Below, piece after piece: positions 47,212 through 60,472 of a stretch of DNA of 64,000 nt. The notes under the pieces are model-generated. The model saw nothing but the letters and a program-made list of their open reading frames with translations. It had not been told where the DNA came from and did no database searches. The stretch's first letter is position 1, and each line of letters starts with the position of its first letter. Source of the stretch: Eledone cirrhosa (lineage: Eukaryota); the NCBI GenBank assembly GCA_964016885.1, contig OZ024754.1, forward strand, positions 45,880,001 through 45,944,000, written 5' to 3'. The position numbers were made by a program, and so were the translations under genes.

Positions 47212-48984
47212 ATGGCTACCAAAAAGAAATTTCATACGTCACTCCCACTCATTCCGTCTTCTTCTTCCTCAATCATCACTACAGGAGAGAGAAGATTGTC
47301 TCTCTCCCTCCCTTCTTTAAATGTGTCTCTCTCCCTCCCTTCTCTTTCGCAAGCGACGAAAGAAAAGAAAAGTCTCGTGCAAAGCGTGCAAGGTTTCTCC
47401 ACGACGACGACGACAGCGACGAAACAGGTGTGCGGGAAATACGAAAACCCAGTTCATTCGTCTGACGTCAGGAATAATAGCAGTAGCAGCCGTAATAACA
47501 ACAGCAACAGTGACAATGAAAACAACAGTAGCAGCCGCAACAGCATCACCAGCAGCATAAACAACAACAGCATTAGCAGCAGCAACACCAACAACAACCA
47601 CAGCAACAGCGGCGGAGGCAGTAGTCGTAGTACCTGCAGCAACAACAAAAGTACCAGCAGCTCTGACGACAACAACAACAGCAGAGAAAAACCAATCTCA
47701 TTTGCAGGTATTGCGAAAAACCTGGAAACAATCCTCATAACAAATGAGGAATTAGAGGAAGCGAAGAAGATGGTGACAAAGAACGGACACCGAGCAATCT
47801 GCAAGGCAGCGAAAAATTTTTTCGAAACCCAAGAGCACTGTACGGTCACGTACCGTACAGTAAGTACAAAATCCCGTAGGGTGGAAAGAGCCACAGAGGC
47901 CCAAATACAAAAAGCCTTGGGGTCTGTGTGGCAGAGGAAAACGCACATCACCCGAGGCAAAAAATACGCCACCGTAGACGTACTTTTTGCCACACCCCAG
48001 GAGGCAAAGGCCCAATCAGTAGTGACCCTAAGGAGCGAGGAAATGGTGTTGGTGCCCTCCTACTGCGGGCAAAAAATTGTGAGGGTCAAACTGACCCACG
48101 TCCCCCCCGGAATGACCCCTTCTTGGCTGGCCGCGTCTGTCCTCGTCGGAATCGAGGACAAAACAACTGTACTGCAAGTACAGAAAAAAGTAAGAGAAGA
48201 TTGGGTCGGCTCCTCCATTGAGATGCTAATCCAAACCAACCAGGAGTGCATCGAAGCTATCCCGGATGTGATAGACTTCGATAACGGCACTCAACTGCCC
48301 ATAAGTGTTGAGGGCAAACGCCCGAAATGCTTTCGCTGTGGATCGAAGACTCACCTCAGGGCCTTCTGCAACGAGAAGACCCTGAGAAAGGAGAAAACCC
48401 CCCTCCTCCCGAATCCGGTTCCACGGCTACCAGCAACAGGACAAGCGGCAACCAGGAACGATAGGTCCGTGGCACCCATACCCACTCCACGGAAATCAAA
48501 GACAGCAGCAGCAGTGGAAATATTAACAACAACAACAGCAATACCAAATGCAGCTGCAACAGAGACTCCAGTGCAAACATCACCAACAACAACAAGTGAA
48601 AGAGTGGAGCTGGTACCCCTCCCCGACCTTACAGAATCAGACATGGAGTGTGAGGTGGGAGAGGGATGGCAAAAGGTCTCAAGAAGGCACAAACGCAGAA
48701 GCAGCGCATCGTCGCCTTTGAAAAGGGAGGAAAGAAATGAGAAAAGGGTAAAGTCTACTGCAAAGAGACCCACAGCAGCAACACCACCAACACCATCACC
48801 ACCCACACCAGCACCACCATCACCACCGGCGACAACCCCACCGCCAACAACACCTTCAACACCACCACCACAAGCACCAACATCGCAAACACAACAACAA
48901 AACACACACACCCAGCAACAACGACAAGAAAATAGCAGAACCACACCCCACCCCCAGAAAAACAAATGCACGGCAAGAAACTAA
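47212..48984 (+). CDS. LINE ORF1 (gag-like nucleic-acid-binding protein)
   Basis: ATG at 47212. Has a Ser/Asn low-complexity N-terminus, a putative RRM-like region (KYATVDVLF...VRVKLTHVP), a CX2CX4HX4C zinc knuckle (CFRCGSKTHLRAFC), a GWQKVSRRHKRR basic motif and a Pro/Thr-rich tail. Confidence 0.85.
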   Translation: MATKKKFHTSLPLIPSSSSSIITTGERRLSLSLPSLNVSLSLPSLSQATKEKKSLVQSVQGFSTTTTTATKQVCGKYENPVHSSDVRNNSSSSRNNNSNSDNENNSSSRNSITSSINNNSISSSNTNNNHSNSGGGSSRSTCSNNKSTSSSDDNNNSREKPISFAGIAKNLETILITNEELEEAKKMVTKNGHRAICKAAKNFFETQEHCTVTYRTVSTKSRRVERATEAQIQKALGSVWQRKTHITRGKKYATVDVLFATPQEAKAQSVVTLRSEEMVLVPSYCGQKIVRVKLTHVPPGMTPSWLAASVLVGIEDKTTVLQVQKKVREDWVGSSIEMLIQTNQECIEAIPDVIDFDNGTQLPISVEGKRPKCFRCGSKTHLRAFCNEKTLRKEKTPLLPNPVPRLPATGQAATRNDRSVAPIPTPRKSKTAAAVEILTTTTAIPNAAATETPVQTSPTTTSERVELVPLPDLTESDMECEVGEGWQKVSRRHKRRSSASSPLKREERNEKRVKSTAKRPTAATPPTPSPPTPAPPSPPATTPPPTTPSTPPPQAPTSQTQQQNTHTQQQRQENSRTTPHPQKNKCTARN

Positions 48985-49292
48985 TGACTTACATAATTGA
49001 ACACACAGACATTTCACAACAGGACTACATAATACCAGCACCAATCAAAACGCCAACTAACATAAGACTGCTAAAAATAGCACAGAAACAATACACAAAC
49101 ATTAAAACGAAATTCCCCAACGCAGTTGGTGATTTCAGGGACCTAGGAGGAACCATTAATCGAAGAGTATATTCAGACATTCTCTTAGAAGAGCCGACGA
49201 CCAGCCGAAGGGACGATTCAACGGTCCCTTCACCAGACGATCAAGTGAAAAGGGATGTAAAAACCATCCCTCCTCTACCAAAAATACGGTAA
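48966..49292 (+). CDS. Overlapping 108-aa ORF between ORF1 and ORF2 (frameshifted ORF1 C-terminus or separate small ORF)
   Basis: The -1 frame relative to ORF1 is open from 48936 to 49292. The sequence is non-repetitive and protein-like and ends 35 nt before the ORF2 ATG. Confidence 0.5.
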   Translation: MHGKKLMTYIIEHTDISQQDYIIPAPIKTPTNIRLLKIAQKQYTNIKTKFPNAVGDFRDLGGTINRRVYSDILLEEPTTSRRDDSTVPSPDDQVKRDVKTIPPLPKIR

Positions 49293-49327
49293 GTGGTCTT
49301 TCCCATCTTTTCCACTCTATTTTAAAC

Positions 49328-52300
49328 ATGACCTCACTCAGAATAGGCAGCATAAATGCGCGTGGCTTGGGGTCGTCATGGAAGCAGGGTCACCTGCTCA
49401 ACGACCTCAGGTCACTAAACATAGATGTAGTGGCCATCAGCGAGACCAGAATCTCCGAAGCACGGGCCTTCGCACCGATCTTCGGCGGCTACGATGTGTA
49501 CGCATCTCCCAGCCGTCCTGGATCCGGTGGAGGAGTTGCTGTACTTTTTCGGAGAGGTTTGGATCTCGCCATACGGGCCATCTTCCTGGACCCAGAGGGT
49601 AAGCTGGTGGTGCTGGACGTGACCAGCGGAGACGGGCAAGCTTTCAGGCTAGTGGCCGTCTATGCCCCGACAGGAGCAGGGCGGCCTGATTTCTTCCGGC
49701 GTCTGGAGACCTTTCTTGGAACGTCCCGCTCTTTAGTGTTAGTGGGCGACTGGAACGGGATCTTAGATGCACGCTGGGACTGTGTGGGATTAGCGGATAG
49801 GGGTGGAGGGTGCAAGAGCCTCACCAACCTGCTCAGGCGTTTTGAACTGTCTGACAGGTACCGATTGGATTTCCCGAATGTGCCAATGTGGACTTGGACA
49901 AACCGCATAGGGTCATCCAGATCATATCTAGATAGAGTATTTTGTAGGGAAATAGATAGGTCTAGCATAGGCTGTCCACAATTCAAGATAGTCAGCTACA
50001 CGGACCACAAATTCGTGATCTGTGTGCTTGACTTAGATAGGCTTCATAGACGAGGACCCGGCTACTGGAAGCTAAACGCGTCCTTACCAGCGCGCAAGGC
50101 CTACAGAGACCGGATTAGCGAACTAGTTAAGCGGGCGTTGACGGGGGCCATCGTCAACAACAAGTGGTGGTTTGCTCTGAAAAGAGCGATTAGAATAGAA
50201 TCGATTAGGTTTAGTAAGGCTTTAGCAATAGAGAAAAATAGAGCAGAGGGAGAACTAGTTAGAAAATTAGACGAGGCGCTTAGCAAAGGCATTGCGTCCG
50301 ACGTGCTTGCGGCGAAATTGGCCCTTGACCAATTCTTCAATGCAAAGCACGAAGGCTGCGTTGTCAGAGCTAGGGTGCGTGCTCTCAGACACGAGGGGAC
50401 GAAAGCCGTTCAATGGGCCCGAGTGGCGGAGGCGCGTCGTGGCAACAAAGCCACGATCCGGTCTTTGGTGGACCACGACGGGCGCATGCTACTCGATCCC
50501 GGGCAAATGTGTGAAGCTTTTCAGCGACACTTCGCTCAGCTGTTCGGGGGCAGCGGGGGGCCGGGTAGAGGGATGGACTTTAGTGTCTACCTCGACGGGC
50601 TGCCGCGGCTCTCGGCCACTGAGGCGAGGTGTTGCGAAAAGCCGATAACAGCCGCTGAAGTACGGGAGGCAATGACTGGCTGCACAAGGGGTAAATCGCC
50701 TGGTTTGGATGGTCTGCCCTATGAACTTTACGTACAGATGCCAGACTTGTTCGGAGGCCTCTTGGCGGACGTCTACTGCAACTGGCAACAGAACGGGAGA
50801 ATTCCCAGTTCTGTGAGCCGAGGAGCGGTGGCACTGCTGAGAAAGGATCCGAACAAGGGGGATAACATAGACAATTTCCGGCCCATAACTCTGCTAAACA
50901 CAGAGTTTAAGATTTTGGCCAAGGTGCTAGCAAAGAGGTTGGCGCTTGTCGTTGGTGGTCTGGTGGGAGAGGCGCAGACATGCGCCATTCCCGACAGATC
51001 CATCCACGACAACCTCCACCTCATGCGATACATCGTAGAGAGGGTAGCTAGGGAACCTGGCACGGGTGGGTCCTTGATCAATTTAGATCAGTCGAAAGCT
51101 TTCGATAGGGTCGACCATCGTTACCTAGCGGCAGTCCTGAGGGCGGCTGGCTTTGGGCCCGTCTTCAGAGGCTGGATCGCTGCCATGCACAGCGACATCT
51201 GCTCTGTGGTGAGAGTGAATGGTCACCTGTCGGAACCGTTCAACATCATGCGCTCGGTCCGCCAAGGATGTCCCCTCTCGTCCCTCTTGTACGTATTGAC
51301 TCTCGAGCCATTACTGCACAAACTGGAGACGTTGAGGGGAGTCCCGCGCGAACTAGGATGCGGAAGATCCGTGTCAGCATATGCGGACGATGTCACCGTA
51401 GTGGTGTCGAACGCCAAACACATCGAGGCGATCGGCACTACACTAAGAGAATACGAAGCGGTGACAGGAGCAATGATCAACCAGGAAAAGTCAGTGGGCC
51501 TGCAGCTCGGCACCTGGAGAGGCAGGTCCATGCCGTCCAACAGCGTCGTCGGGCGCTGGACGGATGGACCGGTTAAATTGCTAGGGGTCTGGTTCGGTCC
51601 GGACCTCCAGACGGACAAAAACTGGGACGAGGTGACGAGCAGGGTGGCTTCTCTCACCCAGAAATGGGCGGAGAGGAAGCTATCCCTGAAAGGTCGAGCG
51701 GAGGTGGCTAACGCGTACATCGCGTCTGTCATCTGCTACCGCCTAACCGTCGTACCTTGTCCTAAGCCTCGCCTGACTGCGCTGGAGCGTTTGCTCTTTC
51801 GCTTTTTGTGGAAGGGACGTGCTCCGATGGTCAGGCGGTCCATCTGTTGTCAACACCCGCTACGTGGAGGGCTGGGCATGCCGTGGCTGATGATGCGCAG
51901 GCACGCGCTCAGGCTACGACATCTCCACCTCTTCCTCGACGGTGATCAGGTGTGGTCGCCGTTTGCTAGACGCGTTTTTCCCCAGCTCGTTTCCTTGACG
52001 GAGCTGCAGTCCTGGGTCAAGCGAAGACCGAGAGGGAGCGCCTGGAGACTGGAATGTCTTCAGGCGCTCACAGCCCTCGACCAATCGGGCAATGTGATCG
52101 GTGGAAACTCCACCTCGGCGTTCTATAGAGGATTAGTGGAGGGGAAGAGCGACGACGTACTTGGGGAAACTCTAGGCGTCGACGAAAATCAACTAGCCAA
52201 TCTCTTCGGAAGAACTTTCGGGCCAGGGCCTATGGACAACTTCCAGAAATCTCTGGCCTGGCAGTGCTACCGAGGAGCCTTGCCAGTTCGGGATAAACTC

Positions 52301-52747
52301 TACAGGCATGGAGGTGCCGTCAGCCGGGCATGTCCGAGATGCGCGCAGGGCGACGAAACCGTCCTGCACGCACTCGTCCAGTGTCCGAAAATTGCTGACT
52401 TGTGGGTTTATGTCGAACACCTGCTGTCGCGTTTAGGACGGATCCAGCTATCATCTGAGTCTATCGTGAGGATTGCCCCGCCCTCCTCCTTTAGCCGGGA
52501 AGGGCAGGCAGTTTTTATCTGTCTGGTGGCCATGGCGAAAGAGATAGTATGGTGGACACGTTTGAAAGGGCTGAAGACGAGCACTTACCTCTTCGGTGAT
52601 GCTCTGATTGACTTTTTCAAATTTCATTTGAAAAGGAAAATCAGAGTAGAGAAGGAAGTGCTCTCTTCCCAGCATTTTGTTGAAAGATGGGTGAGAGAAG
52701 CAAGAATGGCCCGAGTGAATGGGCCGACTCTGAGTATATATCTGTAA
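49328..52747 (+). CDS. LINE ORF2: APE endonuclease, reverse transcriptase and C-terminal Cys/His zinc finger (1139 aa, intact)
   Basis: APE motifs SINARGL, ISETR, VGDWN, YLDRVF and TDHK. RT motifs SPGLDGL, NFRPITLLN, LDQSKAFDRV, VRQGCPLS and AYADD. C-terminal CPRC..ETVLHALVQC. Tx1/L1-like GYWKLN and GGLG motifs. Confidence 0.96.
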   Translation: MTSLRIGSINARGLGSSWKQGHLLNDLRSLNIDVVAISETRISEARAFAPIFGGYDVYASPSRPGSGGGVAVLFRRGLDLAIRAIFLDPEGKLVVLDVTSGDGQAFRLVAVYAPTGAGRPDFFRRLETFLGTSRSLVLVGDWNGILDARWDCVGLADRGGGCKSLTNLLRRFELSDRYRLDFPNVPMWTWTNRIGSSRSYLDRVFCREIDRSSIGCPQFKIVSYTDHKFVICVLDLDRLHRRGPGYWKLNASLPARKAYRDRISELVKRALTGAIVNNKWWFALKRAIRIESIRFSKALAIEKNRAEGELVRKLDEALSKGIASDVLAAKLALDQFFNAKHEGCVVRARVRALRHEGTKAVQWARVAEARRGNKATIRSLVDHDGRMLLDPGQMCEAFQRHFAQLFGGSGGPGRGMDFSVYLDGLPRLSATEARCCEKPITAAEVREAMTGCTRGKSPGLDGLPYELYVQMPDLFGGLLADVYCNWQQNGRIPSSVSRGAVALLRKDPNKGDNIDNFRPITLLNTEFKILAKVLAKRLALVVGGLVGEAQTCAIPDRSIHDNLHLMRYIVERVAREPGTGGSLINLDQSKAFDRVDHRYLAAVLRAAGFGPVFRGWIAAMHSDICSVVRVNGHLSEPFNIMRSVRQGCPLSSLLYVLTLEPLLHKLETLRGVPRELGCGRSVSAYADDVTVVVSNAKHIEAIGTTLREYEAVTGAMINQEKSVGLQLGTWRGRSMPSNSVVGRWTDGPVKLLGVWFGPDLQTDKNWDEVTSRVASLTQKWAERKLSLKGRAEVANAYIASVICYRLTVVPCPKPRLTALERLLFRFLWKGRAPMVRRSICCQHPLRGGLGMPWLMMRRHALRLRHLHLFLDGDQVWSPFARRVFPQLVSLTELQSWVKRRPRGSAWRLECLQALTALDQSGNVIGGNSTSAFYRGLVEGKSDDVLGETLGVDENQLANLFGRTFGPGPMDNFQKSLAWQCYRGALPVRDKLYRHGGAVSRACPRCAQGDETVLHALVQCPKIADLWVYVEHLLSRLGRIQLSSESIVRIAPPSSFSREGQAVFICLVAMAKEIVWWTRLKGLKTSTYLFGDALIDFFKFHLKRKIRVEKEVLSSQHFVERWVREARMARVNGPTLSIYL

Positions 52748-53007
52748 ACTAAAGGTGGAAAACTGGGAGAGGGCACTTGCCTTGGTGGTCAGGGTCATTG
52801 TGGCTTTTTACTGGGCTTTCTCCACAAATGTCCCTCCGAAGTCTCCCCCCTATTGGGGAATTTTTTCATTGTTATTTTCATTGTTATTTTTGTTACATCC
52901 TCTGTTTTTGTTTTTTACACGCAGAAATGCCCATTTGTACCGTCCTGCATTGTCCTGCACTGTCCTTAATGTCTACTTTATGTAAACCCTTGTGGTTAAT
53001 AAAGAAA

Positions 53008-53422
<415 letters not shown>

Positions 53423-53443
53423 TATATATATATATATATATAT

Positions 53444-54210
53444 TAGGGTGGCCCTTAGCAATAGGTAATTTTCCGAAAGTTAACATTTTGCTGCTCCCAC
53501 ACCGAAAAATAGGTGTTGCCCTATACTTTTGCTTTGTCCCCAGCTTCGCAAGTTGCCTTCACCATTATATTTATTGTCACTATATCATTTTTAATTTCAC
53601 GTAAGTCAAATACAATGTATTTAAAGGAATCTACAGATGGAATTGTAATATCTGCCAGGACTTTGGAAATGGTGAAATCATTATGTAAGAGATTGTTATG
53701 TTTTAAATATTCCACATCGCCCTCCCAATCTCTCCGTATGGTAAGCAAATGGGGTCCCACGTTTTGGCCCCCACAGCCCCGGCGGACAGAATGGAGAAGG
53801 CGTTTCCCCGGAGGATGGTAAGGGAGATGGGCTGGAAGAGCCATTCCAACTCGCGAGGTTCACACCTGTGGCTGGCCAGCTCAGCGTCTATGGTGATGAG
53901 TAGGGAGGTAGCCCTAGGGCCAAGGACACCAGAAGTCTCCACTGCCAAGGGCACGACCGTGAATCTATCGGAGAGCGACCGGTATACCAAGAATAAGTTT
54001 TTAATTTAAGAGAAAATTATATAAGAGATAAAAAATTTTATCTGAAAAGATGACTTTCCGGGCGAAAACTTCAAACTTTCACGGTCGATGAGGGTCGCCT
54101 TGCAGTCGTCCGCTTGACCTAAAGTTTTGCATAGATTGGTGTTTTATTAATTGGAATAAGTTAGGGGTGTGGAAGCTAAACTTTTAGAAAGTTGAAACAT
54201 AAGGGCCACC

Positions 54211-54213
<3 letters not shown>
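53444..54213. mobile_element. Non-autonomous DNA transposon (hAT/hATm-like) with perfect 14-bp TIRs, inserted in (TA)n
   Basis: TAGGGTGGCCCTTA at 53444-53457 and TAAGGGCCACCCTA at 54200-54213. ATATATAT on both sides is compatible with an 8-bp TSD. The superfamily is inferred from the TAGGG termini. Confidence 0.75.
53775..53985 (-). pseudogene. CRE-clade non-LTR retrotransposon restriction-like endonuclease 3' fragment
   Basis: YRSLSDRFTVVPLAVETSGVLGPRA...RELEWLFQPISLTILRGNAFSIL matches the F.P.A.ET.G..G...Q.IS..I.RGNA pattern of CRE-type RLE C-termini. Related decayed pieces occur at 35235-35300 (+) and 54410-54620 (+). Confidence 0.7.
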
Positions 54214-54251
<38 letters not shown>

Positions 54252-55057
54252 ATAACCTGTACCACCTTTTTTCTGTTAGTATTTCGTAATATTAGCACAA
54301 GTTCCAGTGTATGTAAATCTTAATTGTATCATGTATGTAAATATATTGTTCTTTGTCTTTAACTGGTCAGCCAGGTACCATCCCATATTTTGCTTATTAT
54401 GTCTATTTGGTCGCATGTTTTAGAGCAATCTCTATTGTCCACTTTGAGAACCTCTGCTTTACTTTGAGACTCTTCAGCCCTATAAGTAAGCTGGTAGAAT
54501 ACACCAAATGGTGGGGATTGTTGAATCGGAAATGCCTCCTCTCTAATTACTGAATCGGGAGGAAGATGGCCATCTCCCTCGCTATCCTCCGGGATAACAT
54601 ATTAGCTATTCTGTCCATATGGACCATGAAACATCATCGATCTGATGATTTGCCAAGAGCAAGAGAATAAGTGGAAACTGAACAGTAATTGATTACTAGA
54701 ATTTTCCTAGTGAGTTAATTAATCATCAGTGAGTTAATTAATCATCATTGGAGCTGGGGTTCTGATTAAGGGTAGCCTGTGATTAGTGGCTTATAACAGT
54801 TTAATAGACGTTAACTTGGTGAGGATCAGGTTAGAGAAAAGGTCTGCTCGGAAGAGAAAGACAAAAAACTGGAGATGGGGAGGGTTTATTCGAGTTCGAT
54901 ACCGTTGATGTTGTCTTTGATTTGAGATGAAGGCTTTCAAAAGAATTTGAGACGTAAAAGAATGGACAGACAAATGAATTCTTTATTCTCAATACTTTAA
55001 GAAGGACAAGAACAAAGTAGTTATATTAATAGTATTATTGTCATGATGATGATTCTT

Positions 55058-55132
<75 letters not shown>

Positions 55133-55425
55133 ATATTAATTTCGTGGGGGTGAAACTTTTGAGCTTCACGAAATGCAATGAAGCGTTTTAAATTGCAGTT
55201 GAGGTGTAATTACAGCAGAATCAAAGAATTCTTTAGTGTTGAGGTTTATTGAACCAAATTTCTATGGCAAATCATTCAAATCCTTTCTTTCTTCCTTTCT
55301 TTCTTTCTCTCCTTCTTTCTATATATATTGGTATATCTAAGCGTACTCAGACGTGTGTCTGTATGCGCGTAAATATGTGTATATATATATATGCATACAT
55401 GAATGTATGCATATACATATAAGCC

Positions 55426-55462
<37 letters not shown>

Positions 55463-55735
55463 GTATATATATGGGTGGTATATGTATGTGTATACATATT
55501 AATAGGTATATGCATGTATATAGGCAACTATATATGCATATACATACATATATATATATATGTGTGTTAGATTTATATATATATATATACAATTCTTTTT
55601 TATATAGACGTGGTCGACATTTAATAATATTAAATACCACACTTTTACTTTCATTTTTCTGTATGTATCACTTAAAACCAGCACAAGGGAGATAATCATA
55701 CGACTGAGTGTCGTTGATTCTATGTACATAATTTG

Positions 55736-55794
<59 letters not shown>

Positions 55795-55941
55795 ATATAT
55801 ATATATTCATTTGTTAACATCTAGTGTCGTCCTTCTGTAAGTGTGTCTCTACATATGCAAGGTCCTGCGTGTGTGTTTATATGTAACTATATGTGTAGTA
55901 ACTGTATAGTATTTATGTCTGGTGTAGTATGTGTCTGTGTT

Positions 55942-56032
<91 letters not shown>

Positions 56033-57327
56033 GTGTAAATATATATATGTATATGTATATATGTGTAAATATATATATGTATATGTATATATGTGTAAAT
56101 ATATATATATGTATATGTATATATGTGTATATATATGTGTGTGTGTATATGTGTATAAAACCCTGTTTTACACGCTCCACTGATCTCTAATATCAGCCAA
56201 AGGAGGGATTGAGCAAACACGTTTTTCAAAACATATTTCTTTGGTTCTATTCTCGTACAATTTGTCAAATACTTCACTTCGTTCATTCTATAAACTATTT
56301 TTTCTTTCATCCCTTTATTTCCCTCCGTCATTCATCCAATTATGCCTTCCTTCATTACATTTCACTCATTCATTGCTTCATTCACTCATTGGTTTAGGTA
56401 TTTATTTGTTTATTTATTTATGTTTATTTTAATTGTTTGTTTATACGTTTATTTATTTATTAAATGTGAGTATGAACAACAACAACAACAATCACAACAA
56501 CCTCAACTACCACAACAACCACAACAACAACAACAACAACAACAACCTCAACTACCACAACAACAACAACAACAACAACAATCACAACAACCTCAACTAC
56601 CACAACAACAACAACCACGACAACAACAACAACCACAACAACATGACAAACAAAGAAAGGAAGAAGGAAGGACATTTCTCTTACCATAGCAATATTCGGC
56701 TGACTGTAAATTGCTTTTAATTAATTACATTTTGAAATCAATGCTTTTGACCTTTGCCACGGGTCATCAAATATTAATCGCTTGGCTAAAAACACCCGAT
56801 TAAGATGAAATGAAAAGTAAAGAACACACATATGCACACACACAGACAGACACAGACACATTCACAGAGACTCGCTCACACACACAGACATGCCCATACG
56901 CACACACTCACACACACAGAGATACACACGCGCACACACACTCACACATACACATAGATACGCACAGACACACACGCGCACACACTCACACACACACACA
57001 GAGTTACGCTCACACACAGAGGCACATACACGGGCTCACACTAAAAAAAACACGCTCACACTCACAGTCATGCTCATACATCCGCACACACACAGACACA
57101 CTCACACAGACACACACGCACAGATACACAGACACACGCACGGACACACACAGAGACACACACGTATATACAGAGACATACACGTGTACCTATACATAGA
57201 GAGAGAGAGACTGAGGGAGAGAAAGTAGAAATATGTTGAAATAAATTAAAAGACCAACAATTCTTCACCTCTTTCATTTTATTTCAAACTTCTTTCACTG
57301 TTTTATTCTCCAACAAATTTTAGTCCT

Positions 57328-57367
<40 letters not shown>

Positions 57368-57683
57368 ACCCCCTCTCTCTCTCTCTTCTCTCTCTCCTTT
57401 CTTTCTTTCTCTAGCTTTCTCTCGCTCACTTTCTCTTTCTCTCTCTGTCATTGTTTCTCTCTCTATATATATATATATATATATCTTTCTCTCTCTCTCT
57501 CTATCTATCTATCTATATATATCTATATATATATATCCCTCTGCAGCCATCTACCTGGCCTTCTATCTATAGTCCCCACATGTTTTCTTTCCCGCTCTTT
57601 TTCTGTTCATCTCCAATAATCTCCATGTTTTCTTTGGTAATCATTTTATCTTCTTCACACAGTTGTCGCGCATTATTCCCTCT

Positions 57684-57830
57684 CTAGCATAGTTACATCC
57701 CTTTACAGTCTGAGTTCAAATCCCGCCAAGGTTAACTTTGCCTTTCGTTCTTACGGGGTCGATAAAATAAAGTACCAGTAATGTACTGGTTGAATTGCTG
57801 GTCTTGTGCCAAAAGTAGAAACAATTATTA
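57684..57830 (+). mobile_element. 5'-truncated SINE
   Basis: B box GAGTTCAAATCCCG, core, and 3' end AAAAGTAGAAACAATTATTA. Confidence 0.85.
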
Positions 57831-58113
57831 CATCTGATAACTACATTCCTTCTTCTTTAGTTAGTCCTCTCTCTCTCTATCTATCTATCTCTCCCTCTCT
57901 CTTTACATCTCTCTCTATCTCCTCCTCACTCCCTACTTTCTCTTTCTCCCGCATCTCTCTTTAGATATCTCTCTCCCCCTCATTCTCTACTTTTTCTCCC
58001 CATCTATCTCTCACCCTCTTATACTCTTTCATTCTCTCTCTCTCGCTCTCTTTCCCCATTTCTCTCTCTATCTCTCTTACTCCATACTTTCTTCCCCCAT
58101 CTCTCTCTCCTTA

Positions 58114-58199
<86 letters not shown>

Positions 58200-58465
58200 A
58201 TCCTCAGAAATACCACCAGACATTGCCACCTCCATTACCAACACCACATTTTCTATGTTTCTTTCTAACTTTTTAGTTTTATTTTTGTGTTTGTTTTTAA
58301 TTCTAGATTAATTTTATTCTTATAACTTTTCTTCAATCTATATTTTTTGTTTGTTTCTAGAATTTATAAATAGTTCTCCTGTATTATCCTTTTGAATTAA
58401 TTCTTTTTTCTTTTTTGCACAAGTTCATACGTTACTTCTTGTTGTTGTTGCTGCTAAGTCGAAGG

Positions 58466-58498
<33 letters not shown>

Positions 58499-58867
58499 GC
58501 GCCAAATCGACCGTGATCGAGCAGACTTAACATCAAAAGGCTGTCAAGCTGTGATAATCCAGTCTTATTTCATTTTCGGGAACTACGTAACCCAGACTAC
58601 ATTATCCAGTGTGTTTATTTATATTTTTTTTTTAAGACAGGGGAATATTATTTGAAGAACATTTGGCAGTTATTTCTAGCAGAGCTAGTGACCTGTTAGG
58701 AGCTCCCTCATTGAATCTCGATCATAAATTAGTAAGGAAAGTAGGACACTGTTGAAATTTGGTTCCATACGAGCTGGATTTTTATTGTGTTAATAACGGA
58801 GGGGGTTAAATGGAATGTTACCTGATGGAAGGACCAGAATTTAGAATGTATAGAGACAAAACTGTAT

Positions 58868-58988
58868 GTCAGAGTTCAAATCCCGCCGAGGTTAACTTTG
58901 CCTTTCATCCTTACGGGGTCGATAAAATAAAGTACCAGTAATGTACTGGGATAATTGCTGGCCTGTGCCAAAAGTAGAAAGAATTATA
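58868..58988 (+). mobile_element. 5'-truncated SINE
   Basis: B box, core and 3' end of the same family. Confidence 0.85.
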
Positions 58989-59678
58989 CAGCTGATCCAT
59001 TAACTTAACAGTCTCCCTTTAATTAAAAGGACAAGAACTTAGAAGATATAGAAGCAAACCTAAATACCATGTTATGGTATGGTATGGACGCATTACTCCT
59101 AAGAAGTTGTAGGGACGCCATATTGACATAGAGCGTTTCTAGGACATGTTATTTTAAAACAGGACCGAGCCCGTCTCATCTCCAGGCCACAATACAGTAG
59201 GTTTCTTCCAGAGAATGATAGACAGAGTGAGATAAAGGAAATGTAGGATACATTGTGGTTCTCTGCACTCTGGCATCAAACCCGGCTGCAGCTTTCATCA
59301 TTTCGTGGTCAATAAAGTAGCAGTCCAGTACTAAAAGTGATACTTCTCTCCTGTATCTTTCTCAGTGATATCAGCTTAGGTCAGATCTAAGAGGTATGGT
59401 CTCTACCAGGTTTAAACACAGCATAACCCATCGTATATCTTCATCGTCTCACTAAGTCTACATCAAATACTGAGAGTGGATAACCGAGATTGCACCAAAA
59501 TATGTATATAAATATACATATTTATAATATATAGGAATGTAAATATGCCACTTATTCGAATTTCCCTATATATATATATATATACATATATATTACTACC
59601 ATTATTCTTTGTTGCTTCTCTCAGTTTCGCTGACTACAGGGTCAGGGGCATTCATAACTCTGTGTGTATATATATATG

Positions 59679-59789
<111 letters not shown>

Positions 59790-59829
59790 TTACACGCTCT
59801 CGTGCATATATACAATCATGCATATATAC

Positions 59830-59860
<31 letters not shown>

Positions 59861-60430
59861 CATACATACATACATACATACATACATACATACATACATA
59901 CATACACACACACGCAATAGACAATATACGTAATTGAAAATTTTAAAAAAAAATTCTTGTTACCAACACCAAAAAATCTCTGTTAGTATTTTTCGCACCT
60001 TAGGCAACTTTTTTTTAAAGCAACTACATATAAAACTAAAACAACTCTGAACAGAAAACACTCTTTAGAGATGGAAAAAACGTCCTTTACACAAAGACTT
60101 TCTTTAGCATAAAAAGTTATTACAACATTTCAGTTTGTTGAGGGAAAAATAATATTTTACACCCACCCTCTGACTTGAGGAAGTTTCTCAACAATATTTT
60201 TACAGCTCTATCATGTTGATATTGTTTCATTGTTTTTTTTTTATAGATTTTATATATTTTATTAATGTATTTTTTGTATATGTGTAGATGGGCACATATT
60301 TATATATATATATATATATGCATGTGTATGTATATATGTATTTGTCCATAAACGTATATATGCCTATACATGTAAGTGTATATATTAAAGTACAATCATA
60401 TGAACGCACACGCATATATACATGTGTGTG

Positions 60431-60472
<42 letters not shown>

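Noticed and set aside
47317-52798. Antisense and alternate-frame ORFs within the LINE
   Set aside because: They are shadows of GC-rich ORF1 and ORF2 with no recognisable motifs.
56342-56689. Poly-Gln ORF
   Set aside because: It is a (CAA)n-derived repeat with no exon evidence.
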